This document shows positions 10,342 to 20,478 of a stretch of DNA of 64,000 nt, in pieces. Position 1 is the stretch's first letter, and every line of letters starts with the position of its first letter. This DNA is from an uncultured Chlamydiae bacterium (GTDB taxonomy: Bacteria > Chlamydiota > Chlamydiia > Chlamydiales > Parachlamydiaceae): positions 30,129 to 94,128 of the forward strand of contig CAWHMU010000035.1 in NCBI GenBank assembly GCA_963830365.1, in the 5' to 3' direction. A program made the position numbers and the translations under genes. The notes beneath the pieces were generated by a model. The model saw nothing but the letters and a program-made list of their open reading frames with translations, did no database searches and was not told where the DNA came from.

Positions 10342-12096
10342 TTAGAAGTGGTTCTTGGCATAGGCTTCAAGTAATGCCTTGGCATCGCCGACTCTTACCA
10401 TCGCATCGTTTGTATTCAAACCGGGATTTTTATCCGGATGCATTTCAACAGCCGTTTTACGGTACATTTTTTTCAGATAACTCATCCCTTCGGCTTTGAA
10501 GGTCTCCATATCGAAAGTGGCGGAAAGAATTAAGCCGGCATGTTCAGGACATTTCGGATTAAGATCTTGATGCATCACCCGCGCTAGCGTCGGCAAGCCT
10601 GCAACATCTTTGGTAGCTACATTGGCGCAATTTGCAGCCGGTACCGTTTCGTTTGGATCGAAGTTATGACGGCTTCGCATAAACTCCATAAATTCGGCTT
10701 GCGCTTCAAGAAAAGCCTCTTCGTCGGTAGCTGTCGCCATTTTATAAAGATACGGAGCCATTAGAGCTAATTCATAAGTAGCCGCACATGTTTGCCAAAG
10801 GTTATGAATGGAATGCGAAGCATTGACGGCATGCACCACCACATTACGGGCTACGGCCCAAGTGCGGTTGCCAACGTTATGCCAACACTTTTTCAGTCCA
10901 TCAAATGCGTTACGGACCACATGATAAGTACGCCACGCCTGAAAGCCGATATTTAACGGTGGTATTGCCGCAAGGCCAAGGTGGCAGACCCAAGCCACGA
11001 CCTTTTTCCATGATTTATCCAGATTTTGTACTAACACGGCAAATTCAGACCAGTTCATACCGATTATAGCTGCTAAATTCACTACCGCAGCGGTAAGTTT
11101 TGCCTGATCTGTAGTCACCCAGCCCCCAGCGTCGGCCATGGTCGAAAGCCAGTAGAGCGCGGTAGTGGCAAATAGCACAACCTGTGTTTTGGAGAGGGCT
11201 AATGGATCGCGCTCATGTGCGCTTGCGCCAATTAAAGATAAAGGCGACATCCCGTTACTAGCTAGAAGATGGGGATTAGCTCCCTTTTTAACCAATGTCT
11301 CAACATGTAATAGGTTGTCCGTCGCAGCCGCATAGTGCAGCGGAGTTTCGCCTTTGCTGTTCTTATGATTAGGATCAACGCCCAAGCTGATTAATTTATT
11401 GAGAATGTCTATTGACCCACTAATAGCGGCAAAGTGCAACAGATTGTCGCCTTCACTAGTAAGCGTCTGCGCTGAGCAGAATTCGAGGAAGCTATCGACA
11501 GCTTTGGGCTGGTTGCTTAAAATTGCATAATGGATAGGAGCCAGACCATTAGCATCCAACACATTAATATTTTGTGGCGTCACATATTTAAGCGCTTCGG
11601 GAAGATTGCCCTGAAAGACAGCCTGACTAAGAGGAGCCAATTTTCCGATATCGACAGTCGTCAGCTTTTGGAGCTTAGTTTTAAGCTCCTCAATATGCGA
11701 AGCAGAGCCTTTGCATTTTATCTGCTCATGGACTTCTTTCAGGTCCTTGCCAATTTTATGACCCAAAATCACAGCTAGCAAACTTTCACTTTTCATCAAA
11801 GCGGCATGGTCGATAGCACTTAAATTCTGAAAGTCTTTTATTTCCGGATCAGCCCCGTTGGCAAGCAATAGTGTCATGATATTTGGCTGATTTGTTCGCA
11901 GGGCTAGATGAAGCGGCAACTCTCCGTTCGGAAGCGCCGCATTTACAAAAGTTCCTTCTCCAACCATTTTTTTTACCAGACTTTCATTGCCATTTTTGAT
12001 GGCATTCTGAAAATCCAAAGAAGAAGGCGCTATGGCAGCAGATCCAGGAAAGCTTGTATTTGCAGATTGTAAATGAACAGATAACGAAACACTCAT
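10342..12096 (-). CDS. Ankyrin-repeat protein with hydrophobic central region and C-terminal J-domain-like segment
   Basis: Ankyrin repeats GELPLHLA, GLAPIHYA, GDNLLHFAA, GETPLHYAA; C-terminal LKKMYRKTAVEMHPDKNPG (HPD motif). Confidence 0.85.
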   Translation of the reverse strand: MSVSLSVHLQSANTSFPGSAAIAPSSLDFQNAIKNGNESLVKKMVGEGTFVNAALPNGELPLHLALRTNQPNIMTLLLANGADPEIKDFQNLSAIDHAALMKSESLLAVILGHKIGKDLKEVHEQIKCKGSASHIEELKTKLQKLTTVDIGKLAPLSQAVFQGNLPEALKYVTPQNINVLDANGLAPIHYAILSNQPKAVDSFLEFCSAQTLTSEGDNLLHFAAISGSIDILNKLISLGVDPNHKNSKGETPLHYAAATDNLLHVETLVKKGANPHLLASNGMSPLSLIGASAHERDPLALSKTQVVLFATTALYWLSTMADAGGWVTTDQAKLTAAVVNLAAIIGMNWSEFAVLVQNLDKSWKKVVAWVCHLGLAAIPPLNIGFQAWRTYHVVRNAFDGLKKCWHNVGNRTWAVARNVVVHAVNASHSIHNLWQTCAATYELALMAPYLYKMATATDEEAFLEAQAEFMEFMRSRHNFDPNETVPAANCANVATKDVAGLPTLARVMHQDLNPKCPEHAGLILSATFDMETFKAEGMSYLKKMYRKTAVEMHPDKNPGLNTNDAMVRVGDAKALLEAYAKNHF

Positions 12097-12395
12097 AAAA
12101 CCACATAGTTAATAATTAAAAAACACATATTACAACATCCACATTAAGATTCGATAAAGAAACCAGTTATACTTGCAATAGTACAAAAATAATTAGTTCC
12201 TCCAAAGTTCCGCCATGCGTGACCCGGAAAAGCTAAAGAGTTAAACATAAATCTATCTAAAAAATCCAGCAATTTTTCGAAGTTACAAGGACGCCATCAC
12301 ATCGAATTGGTTGAGGTATTCAAGGAATGCTGGTATAAAATGGGGAATTCTAAGTATATTTGACATATGCCCACGTTATCACAAGGAATGACACC

Positions 12396-13691
12396 ATGAT
12401 AGATATCCGACTTATCCGCAAAAACCGCCAGGAAATCGAAGCCAAGCTAAGGACCAAAGAGCCGTCGATCGATCTATCGCTGGTCGTGCAGCTTGATGAA
12501 CGCGTGCGGGACATAAAGACTAAAGTAGAGCAGCTTAAAGCCGTGCGCAACGAAAGCTCGCAACAGATCGGCGCCCTCAAACGCCAGGGCAAAGATGTGT
12601 CCGGGATCATGGCCGAAGTCGCCCGCCATGCCGACGAGATCCATGCCCTAGACCAGGAGCTTGGGCCTTTGGAAGAGCAGTTCACGCATGAGCTTGCCAA
12701 GCTGCCAAATCTGCCTATGGATGATATCAAGATCTCGCAAAATCCCCAAGATAATGTCGCCATCAAAGAAGTCGGTAAAAAGCCAACTTTCGATTTCGAA
12801 TTCAAAAATCATATGCAGCTCAACGACACACTTAATCTGTTCGATTTCAAACGCGGCGCCAAAATCGCCGGCGCCGGCTGGCCCCTCTACCGCGGCATGG
12901 GCGCAAGGCTCGAATGGGCACTGATCAACTATATGATCGGGATCCATATCAAAAATGGCTTCGAACAATGGATGCCGCCGGCCGTCGTGCGCCGCGAAGT
13001 CATGTTCGGCTCAGGACAACTGCCAAAATTTGAAAACCAGCAGTTTAAAATCCAGGATGACGACTTCCACCTCTACCTCATTCCCACGGCAGAAATCCCG
13101 CTTAACGGCATCCATTTAGACGAGATCATCCCCGAAGAATCCCTCCCCTTGAAATATATCGCCTACACCCCCTGCTTCCGCCGCGAGGCCGGTGCCGCCG
13201 GCTCGCAAGAGCGCGGCCTAATCCGCACGCATCAATTCAACAAGGTAGAAATGTTCTGCTTCACCAAGCCAGAAGATAGCATGGCCATGTTCGACAAGAT
13301 GCTGGCCAGTGCCGAAGAAATCCTGCAAGGCTTAGGCTTGCACTACCGCAATGCCCTGCTGGTCACCGGAGATATGTCTTTTGCCGCCGCCCGCACGGTG
13401 GATATCGAAGTATGGCTGCCTGGCCAAAATCGTTATTATGAAGTATCATCAGTCTCCAACTGCACAGACTACCAAGCGCGCCGCTCGCATACCCGCTATA
13501 GAAATGCTGAAGACAAGCTGGAATTCGTCCACACCCTAAACGGCTCGGGCCTGGCGACATCACGCCTGATGGTGGGCTTGTTGGAAAACAACCAGAATGC
13601 CGATGGTTCTGTCAACATCCCGGCGGTACTGCAGCCCTATTTGGGCGGCATCAATAAAATTGAGCCTGTTGGCGCGCACGCCACAGCCTAA
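12396..13691 (+). CDS. serS: Serine--tRNA ligase
   Basis: MIDIRLIR start, YLIPTAE, YTPCFRREAGAAG, GLIRTHQFNKVE, EVSSVSNCTDYQARR, VHTLNGSGLA. Confidence 0.97.
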   Translation: MIDIRLIRKNRQEIEAKLRTKEPSIDLSLVVQLDERVRDIKTKVEQLKAVRNESSQQIGALKRQGKDVSGIMAEVARHADEIHALDQELGPLEEQFTHELAKLPNLPMDDIKISQNPQDNVAIKEVGKKPTFDFEFKNHMQLNDTLNLFDFKRGAKIAGAGWPLYRGMGARLEWALINYMIGIHIKNGFEQWMPPAVVRREVMFGSGQLPKFENQQFKIQDDDFHLYLIPTAEIPLNGIHLDEIIPEESLPLKYIAYTPCFRREAGAAGSQERGLIRTHQFNKVEMFCFTKPEDSMAMFDKMLASAEEILQGLGLHYRNALLVTGDMSFAAARTVDIEVWLPGQNRYYEVSSVSNCTDYQARRSHTRYRNAEDKLEFVHTLNGSGLATSRLMVGLLENNQNADGSVNIPAVLQPYLGGINKIEPVGAHATA

Positions 13692-13845
13692 GGTGCAGAA
13701 ATCACAATTATAACGCCTCCTTTGGGGTCGGATTGTTTTTTTTGTGCGAGCCACGGTTTGCGCCTAATGGGTATGCGTCGAATCTAGGCATATTGACAGC
13801 CGCCCCAGATGGGGGGAACCACCTAATACTTATTTAAGAAGCAAT

Positions 13846-14895
13846 ATGGCCGAAATACTTTCACTGGCAGACTTCATCAAAGCCCCCGGGGTGGCGCTCG
13901 ACGTGCGCAGCCCGGGCGAATACTGCCACGCCCATATTCCCGGAGCCTTAAGCCTGCCCCTCTTCACCAACGCTGAACGCGCCGAAGTCGGCACGGCCTA
14001 CAAACAGCAAGGACAAAAAGAAGCCATCGCCCTCGGCCTAAAACTCGTCGGCCCCAAACTCGCCGAGCTTATGGCTCAAGCCCACGCCCTCACAAACGGC
14101 CAGCCGGCCAAAGTCTATTGCTGGCGCGGCGGCATGCGCAGCAACTCCATGGCCTGGCTGCTGAACCTCGGCGGCATCCCTACGACATTGCTGCAAGGGG
14201 GATACAAGACCTTCCGCCGCTGGGCTTTGGATCTCATCCCCCTCCCCTACCGATTCATCGTCATCGGGGGCATGACAGGCAGCGGAAAAACGACAATACT
14301 GCATGCCCTGCGATCCCTCGATGAACAGATTTTAGACCTCGAAGCCTTAGCCAACCACCGCGGCAGCGCCTACGGCAGGGTCGGCATGTCAGAACAACAA
14401 CCTTCCAATGAACAATTCGAAAATGACATCGCCATAAAGCTAAGCACCCTGGACCCGCAGCGGCCCATATGGATCGAAGATGAAAGCCGCATGATCGGCA
14501 CCTGCCACGTGCCCCCGCCCATCTTTAGCCAGATGAGCGCCGCCCCATTCATCGCCATCAATATCCCCTTTGAAGAACGTCTGAAAAGGCTGCTGACCGA
14601 CTACGGCCACACGCCGCTGGAACATCTTGCCGCAGCCACAAACCGGATCAGCAGACAGCTCGGCGGACAGCGCACCAAAGAGGTGCTGGCAAATTTAAGC
14701 GAAGGCAACCTGCTTGATGCCATGATCACCGTTTTACAGTACTATGATAGCGCCTATGCCTACGCCTTGACAAGGCGCTCTGCGCCATGCGCCAGCCTCT
14801 CCGCGGAAAATATTTCCCCGCTGGAATGGGCCAGGCGTCTGAAACAACAAGCGCCCCAACTATTGCTTCAACTTCCATTAGAGGCTGCACTATGA
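13846..14895 (+). CDS. mnmH: tRNA 2-selenouridine(34) synthase (SelU/YbbB)
   Basis: Rhodanese domain (LDVRSPGEY, HIPGA, YCWRGGMRS) fused to a P-loop (GGMTGSGKT), DLEALANHRGSAYG, WIEDESRMIG. Confidence 0.93.
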   Translation: MAEILSLADFIKAPGVALDVRSPGEYCHAHIPGALSLPLFTNAERAEVGTAYKQQGQKEAIALGLKLVGPKLAELMAQAHALTNGQPAKVYCWRGGMRSNSMAWLLNLGGIPTTLLQGGYKTFRRWALDLIPLPYRFIVIGGMTGSGKTTILHALRSLDEQILDLEALANHRGSAYGRVGMSEQQPSNEQFENDIAIKLSTLDPQRPIWIEDESRMIGTCHVPPPIFSQMSAAPFIAINIPFEERLKRLLTDYGHTPLEHLAAATNRISRQLGGQRTKEVLANLSEGNLLDAMITVLQYYDSAYAYALTRRSAPCASLSAENISPLEWARRLKQQAPQLLLQLPLEAAL

Positions 14896-16190
14896 CCACA
14901 AAAAACCAACCGGAAATTGCCCACCTTCTAGCCTTCCTGGACAGCTCCCCCACCGCCTGGCATGCCGTAGACAACTGTGCCAATGAGCTTAAAGTGCATG
15001 GCTTCAAAGAACTGAAAGAGGACGAAGCCTGGCAGCTCAAAGCCGGCGGCCGCTACTATGTCATCCGCAACGGCTCATCAATATGCGCTTTTGTGCTCCC
15101 CAAAAAAGCCCCCAATGCGCTAAATGTGGCAGCCTCGCATACCGACAGCCCCTCATTCAAACTCAAGCCCAACGCAGAATTCCATAAAGAAAACATGCTG
15201 ATGCTTGGCCTTGAAGTATACGGCTCCCCCATGCTTGCCTCGTGGCTCAACCGCGATCTGGGCATCGCCGGCCGCGTCATCTTCAATGATAAAAAAGGCA
15301 AGCAACACGAAAAACTTGTGACGCTTGCAGATTGTCCGCTCGTCATCCCCCAGCTGGCCATCCACTTGGACCGCAACGTCAATGACAGCGGCCCTGTGCT
15401 CAACAAGCAGGAGCATCTGGCAGCATTGGCAGGACTTGAAATTGAGAAGAAAGACAAGACTCCATTTCTTGAGCGCCTGTTGAAAAAGAGCCTCCCCTTG
15501 CATGAACTGCTAAGCTTCGATCTGTTTGTGTATCCATTGGAAAAAGCGCGCCTGATCGGCGAACACCATGAGCTAATCTCGGCCTATCGCATCGACAGCC
15601 TGTCCAGCGTACATGCCATCATGCAGGGATTTGTTAAAGCTTTGCAACCGGACCTGCATATGATCAAAATGGTGGTGTTTTGGGATAACGAGGAAATCGG
15701 TTCCAATACCGCCCAAGGGGCCGGCTCCCCTTTCCTGCCGCATGTCGTCGAACGCATCACGCTGGCTTTAAATATGCCACGCGAGGAGTATTTCCGCCTG
15801 TTAAGCCGCTCCCTATGCGCCTCAGTCGATCTCGCCCATGCCCTGCATCCAAACTATGCCGACAAACACGAACCGCGCCACCAGGCGTTGATGAATAAAG
15901 GCATCGTCATTAAAAGCAGCGCCCAATACCGCTACGCCTCCGATGCCCGCTCATCGGCCGCCATCGTCGCTTTGTGCCATCAGCATAAAATTCCATTCCA
16001 GCGCTATGTCGCCCGTGGCGATATCCCCTGCGGTACAACCGTCGGACCGATCCATGCCAATTTGACAGGTATGCCGACGGTTGATATCGGCTGCACACAG
16101 CTATCCATGCATTCCAGCCGCGAAGTTGCCGGCACTGTCGACCACCACACCATGTGCCGCCTAATAGCCGCCTTTCTTGATGGCCGCTAA
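14892..16190 (+). CDS. M18-family (aspartyl) aminopeptidase
   Basis: FLDSSPTAWHAV, ASHTDSP, WLNRDLGIAGRV, DNEEIGS, SVDLAHALHPNY, LSMHSSRE; ATGA overlap with the mnmH stop. Confidence 0.93.
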   Translation: MTTKNQPEIAHLLAFLDSSPTAWHAVDNCANELKVHGFKELKEDEAWQLKAGGRYYVIRNGSSICAFVLPKKAPNALNVAASHTDSPSFKLKPNAEFHKENMLMLGLEVYGSPMLASWLNRDLGIAGRVIFNDKKGKQHEKLVTLADCPLVIPQLAIHLDRNVNDSGPVLNKQEHLAALAGLEIEKKDKTPFLERLLKKSLPLHELLSFDLFVYPLEKARLIGEHHELISAYRIDSLSSVHAIMQGFVKALQPDLHMIKMVVFWDNEEIGSNTAQGAGSPFLPHVVERITLALNMPREEYFRLLSRSLCASVDLAHALHPNYADKHEPRHQALMNKGIVIKSSAQYRYASDARSSAAIVALCHQHKIPFQRYVARGDIPCGTTVGPIHANLTGMPTVDIGCTQLSMHSSREVAGTVDHHTMCRLIAAFLDGR

Positions 16191-16253
16191 ACAGTCCCTT
16201 ACATAGCATGTAGCCACAGATGTCAAAATAAAAAACATTGCATGTGTATTTCC

Positions 16254-17349
16254 TTGCGTAGTCGCGCCTCCTCCGCATCTCTGCGCTAAATTTTTTAGAA
16301 AGTAGCACTAATAGGAAAACTTGAATCATTGTACCCAGTCAATGGTCTGTGAATCCGATTCCAACGCAGAGACGCAGAGGAAACGCGACGACGCAACGAA
16401 CTGCCGAGATGTGGAGTTTAACTGGATCTTTATGAATTAGAACGATGCAACGCAGAGGCACAGAGGACACGAAGAGTAGACTAAGGTATGTATGTGGACG
16501 TGTTTCATACTCTTAACATGGCAGCAGTTTGCCTGCCATCGTCTCTCCGTGTTCTCTGTGCCTCTGTGTTTCAAACTTTAGAAAAACTTGAATCATTAAG
16601 TTTAGTCAATGGTCTGTAAATCCGATTCCAACGCAGAGACGCAGAGGAAACGCGACGACGCAATGAACTGCCGAGATGTGGAGTTTAACTGGATCTTTAT
16701 GAATTAGAACGATGCAACACAGAGGCACAGAGGACACGGAGAGTAGACTAAGGTATGAGTGTGGGCATGTTTCATACTCGTAACATGGCAGCAGTTTGCC
16801 TGCCATCGTCTCTCAGTGTTCTCTCTGCCTCTGTGTTTCAAACTTTAGAAAAACTTGAATCATTAAGTTTAGTCAATGGTCTGTGAATCCGATTCCAACG
16901 CAGAGACGCAGAGGAAACGCGACGACGCAACGAACTGCCGAGATGTGGAGTTTAACTGGATCTTTATGAATTAGAACGATGAAACACAGAGGCACAGAGG
17001 ACACGGAGAGTAGACTAAGGTATGTGTGTGGGCATGTTTCATACTCTTAACATGGCAGCAGTTTGCCTGCCATCGTCTCTCCGTGTTCTCTGTGCCTCTG
17101 TGTTTCAAACTTTAGAAAAACTTGAATCATTAAGTTTAGTCAATGGTCTGTGAATCCGATTCCAACGCAGAGACGCAGAGGACACGGAGAGTAGACTAAG
17201 GTATGTATGTGGACGTGTTTCATACTCTTAACATGGCAGCAGTTTGCCTGCCATCGTCTCTCCGTGTTCTCTGTGCCTCTGTGTTTCAAACTTTAAAAAA
17301 ACTTGAATCATTAAGTTTAGTCAATGGTCTGTGTATCCGATTCCAACGC
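16254..17349. repeat. Tandem array of 267-bp palindromic units: three full units, one 181-bp deleted unit and a partial unit, preceded by a complementary arm
   Basis: AAAACTTGAATCATT recurs at 16316, 16583, 16850, 17117 and 17298 (spacing 267, 267, 267, 181). 16254-16287 is the approximate reverse complement of 16363-16396. Confidence 0.95.
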
Positions 17350-17608
17350 CGTATTCACGGCTAACTTAAAATTCTTAACGCTTGATTTTTAGATGCACGA
17401 AATTAAACCAATAGACCACGCATCGGGGATGTATTTATTGGACGATCCTGAATTTTCCCTGTTTTGCTGTTGTTTAATATTTTTAAATCTATTAGCTTGG
17501 CTTTTTTAAAAGATTTTTAGCGTTTCTCACAGACTGTTTTACGCTATGATAATTGAAAGTTCCCTAATTTCATTTACCAAGTCGAGATGTCTACACATGA
17601 TTATGAAT

Positions 17609-18592
17609 ATGAAGAGAAAATTTCATTTCCTGATAGCAGCGCTTTTGATAGCGAATACCCTCTGTTCGGCCGCATTAGACCCTATGCCTACAGATGCAGC
17701 CTTCCCATGGAATTTTGATTTACCGGATAACACCTATCACAAGTTCTGTAAAAACATATATTCCCAGAATGGCGAAGACGGCATTATCGAGCAGCTGTTA
17801 AAAGAGTTGGAAATCCATGAAGGGACCTTCTGTGAATTCGGTGCCTCAAATGGCATAGCTTCCAGCAACACCTACAACCTGATTAAAAATTTCAATTTTT
17901 CCGGGATAGAGATTGAAATGAACAGATCGCGCTTCCAACAATGCGTCAATAATTATAAAGCGTATCCCAATGTTCAAGTATTTCATGGTCCAGTTTTATA
18001 CGGCCATAAGAAATTCAACCTTAATACCTGGTTGAAAAAGGGGAATTTGCCATCCGATCTCGACCTGCTCAGCATTGATATCGATTGCGATGACTATTAC
18101 GTTTGGGATGATCTAACTGAATATGCGCCAAAAATTGTTGTCATTGAGGCGAATTCCTACCGGGACCCAGTCTACCAAGAACTGCCAAGAAAGCCTTCAC
18201 AGGAATACAACCTAGACCCGCTCAAGCAATGGTTTCCGGAACGCATTGCCCTTGGTTGCAGTTTCATATCAGCCGTTGAACTGGGCCTGAAAAAAGGCTA
18301 TATTCCCGTGTCTTTCACCGGCAATCTTACCTTTGTAAGAAAAGATTTAATCCATAAACTGCATGATTTTCCATATATCATCTCTGACGATCCATATGAC
18401 TATATCACGCTTTATACCCCCTTGGTACTATGGGGCGACAAGTGGTACACCAACACAGGCTTGCTTTTCAATACGGCCATACGCGACTACTACCAGATAT
18501 TTAAAATTAAACATATTGATGCAGATTGGATAAAAGCCAGAATGAATCAAATATTGAATAGCAGCAACGATACCAGTCGGATTGGCTTTTAG
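17609..18592 (+). CDS. FkbM-like SAM methyltransferase-fold protein with signal peptide
   Basis: MKRKFHFLIAALLIANTLCSA signal; YSQNGEDGII, FCEFGASNG, LLSIDIDCDDYYVW. Alternative upstream starts at 17546-17603. Confidence 0.7.
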   Translation: MKRKFHFLIAALLIANTLCSAALDPMPTDAAFPWNFDLPDNTYHKFCKNIYSQNGEDGIIEQLLKELEIHEGTFCEFGASNGIASSNTYNLIKNFNFSGIEIEMNRSRFQQCVNNYKAYPNVQVFHGPVLYGHKKFNLNTWLKKGNLPSDLDLLSIDIDCDDYYVWDDLTEYAPKIVVIEANSYRDPVYQELPRKPSQEYNLDPLKQWFPERIALGCSFISAVELGLKKGYIPVSFTGNLTFVRKDLIHKLHDFPYIISDDPYDYITLYTPLVLWGDKWYTNTGLLFNTAIRDYYQIFKIKHIDADWIKARMNQILNSSNDTSRIGF

Positions 18593-18607
18593 TTTAGAGG
18601 GGACATT

Positions 18608-19459
18608 GTGAGCTATTTGATTTTTTGTTTTTTCATGCCAGCTTTAATCTTCGCAACCCCCACGCAGGATCATCAGGCTTCCTGGAGCAGTGCAGACAGC
18701 CAAGCCTTTTTTGGCCAGCATCTGCCGCTTAGCGATAGCGGGAAAATAAATATCCCCGCCAACATCAAGCATGTAAAATTGGATATCGGACTGTCATGGT
18801 GTGCTCCGATGTCCCAGGTATGGCTGGCAAAAGAGGATGACCTGATCGTTTTCGGTTTTGAGCCACATCCAAAGTCTATAGCTTCGATAAAAAATGGCAG
18901 CTGCGTGCCAGACGCTTGGGCTAGGGATTATCTTGATCCCCTCCATCCCATTCGGCATAAAAGTGAAATCCCGAAACTTTTCGGGACGCACTTTTTCCTT
19001 ATTCCTTGCGCCTTAGGCTTGTCACAAGATAAAACGGCGACGTTTTACCTGACAGGAAACGATTGCGGCTGTTCAAGCCTCTTTGCCCCAGTAACGATAC
19101 CTGTCATCGATATCATTGAGGTGCCGGTTTTGCCCTTGGCAAGTTTTTTTGACATCTTCCCCTTTGACACCCATCCATTTATTGATTATATCAAAATCGA
19201 TGCGCAAGGCGCAGACCTGGATATCGCCAAAAGCGCTGGAGCCTACTTGACAGAGCGAGTCGTTTGCATTACCCTTGAACCGGAAAATAACGCATATGAA
19301 GGCACCAAAAATTCCCTAAATGATGTGGATGCATATATGTCAGCCATGGGCTTTCAAAAATACGATTCTAAGAACACCGGCGATCCCACGTACGTAAATA
19401 TTAAGTTTATGCAGTATTTTTTGGATCACCAGGAACTGCACATCTTCCAGCAGGGTTAA
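18608..19459 (+). CDS. FkbM-family methyltransferase with signal peptide
   Basis: GTG after AGAGGGG; MSYLIFCFFMPALIFA signal; LDIG, VFGFEP, IDYIKIDAQGADLDI. Confidence 0.78.
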   Translation: MSYLIFCFFMPALIFATPTQDHQASWSSADSQAFFGQHLPLSDSGKINIPANIKHVKLDIGLSWCAPMSQVWLAKEDDLIVFGFEPHPKSIASIKNGSCVPDAWARDYLDPLHPIRHKSEIPKLFGTHFFLIPCALGLSQDKTATFYLTGNDCGCSSLFAPVTIPVIDIIEVPVLPLASFFDIFPFDTHPFIDYIKIDAQGADLDIAKSAGAYLTERVVCITLEPENNAYEGTKNSLNDVDAYMSAMGFQKYDSKNTGDPTYVNIKFMQYFLDHQELHIFQQG

Positions 19460-19755
19460 CGTGGTATAGGTTGCGCACATTTTTCAAGGCACTGACGCGA
19501 GCAAAAACTGCCAAACCAAGGCGCGTGTGGCGTAAGAAGCTACGCTAATATTTCCTAATTGAGATCTCATCAGGGCCTATAACATCCCTTCTATTTACCA
19601 CTATTAAACCGTCTTCGGAACAGCTTTCAGCCATGGTATGTTCAGCTAGAATGATGCAATCATGCTCTTTAAAAAATTGCAAGGAGGTCAAATCTCGTGC
19701 CTTGAGAGAAACAATGGTCACTAGCTCCATACAAAAATTTCGAGCAGCCTCCTTG

Positions 19756-20478
19756 TCAAAATTCCAATTTTTGAACCACGTTCGGTATAAATTCAAGTTC
19801 TGCTAATCGCAAACTTTCAGGCGTGCCGATATCCCGGTGGTAGCCCATATTGCGAAAGATCTGCATCCTGGCTAAATAATGCGGCAGAACCTCGGTGCTA
19901 AAGTCAAGGATCTCTTTGTTCTGCAATGCTATAAATTCAATGACGCTAGGTTCGATGATATAGACGGCGGCATTGGCCTCGTCGCCTGGAGGATGAAGAA
20001 CTTTTTCATGGAATCCGATGACGATATTGTCTTTATCGCATTCCACAATGCCGCAACTCTGCGGGGTATCTGTCATGAATGTCATCATCGTAATCTCTAC
20101 GCCTTGCTTGCGCATCTCATGCGCTTTCAAAAACGCCTGGATATCAAACCGCGTCAAGTTGTCTGCATGGGCCAATAGAAACGGCCCTTCTTCCAGCCAC
20201 TTTCTATTTTTCAACACAGTTCCCGCAGTGCCAAGCAGTACTTTTTCATGGACCAACCTTACCTTGTCCTTCCATCGATGCGATTGTACGAAATCCTGTA
20301 CGCGTTCCGGCAAATAGTGGGTATTGATTAAAACATGATCGATGTCTGTCGACAATAACATGTCCAGCCAATAGCCTAAAAGTGGTTTCCCATGGATGGG
20401 AACAAGACATTTCGGTACTTTATTCGTGATTGGTCTCAACCGAGTGCCTAAACCAGCAGCGAGCAAAACAGCTTTCAA
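19756..20478 (-). CDS. Sugar-1-phosphate nucleotidyltransferase (HddC / mannose-1-phosphate guanylyltransferase-like)
   Basis: TTG start overlapping the upstream stop; KAVLLAAGLGTRLRPITNKVPKCLV, LLGTAG, YHRDIGTPE. Confidence 0.88.
   Translation of the reverse strand: MKAVLLAAGLGTRLRPITNKVPKCLVPIHGKPLLGYWLDMLLSTDIDHVLINTHYLPERVQDFVQSHRWKDKVRLVHEKVLLGTAGTVLKNRKWLEEGPFLLAHADNLTRFDIQAFLKAHEMRKQGVEITMMTFMTDTPQSCGIVECDKDNIVIGFHEKVLHPPGDEANAAVYIIEPSVIEFIALQNKEILDFSTEVLPHYLARMQIFRNMGYHRDIGTPESLRLAELEFIPNVVQKLEF

Noticed and set aside
13692..13845. tRNA-Sec or other ncRNA between serS and mnmH
   Set aside because: Only small hairpins; no cloverleaf or TCA anticodon arm found.
16606..16806. 66-aa ORF in the tandem array (unit length is divisible by 3)
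   Set aside because: Short, broken by stops in the other units, and explained by the repeat sequence.
16316..17349. CRISPR array
   Set aside because: Units are 267 bp and nearly identical throughout; no unique spacers and no cas genes in the window.
19545..19796. 83-aa ORF after the nucleotidyltransferase
   Set aside because: No recognisable motif or RBS; may be a remnant but cannot be supported.
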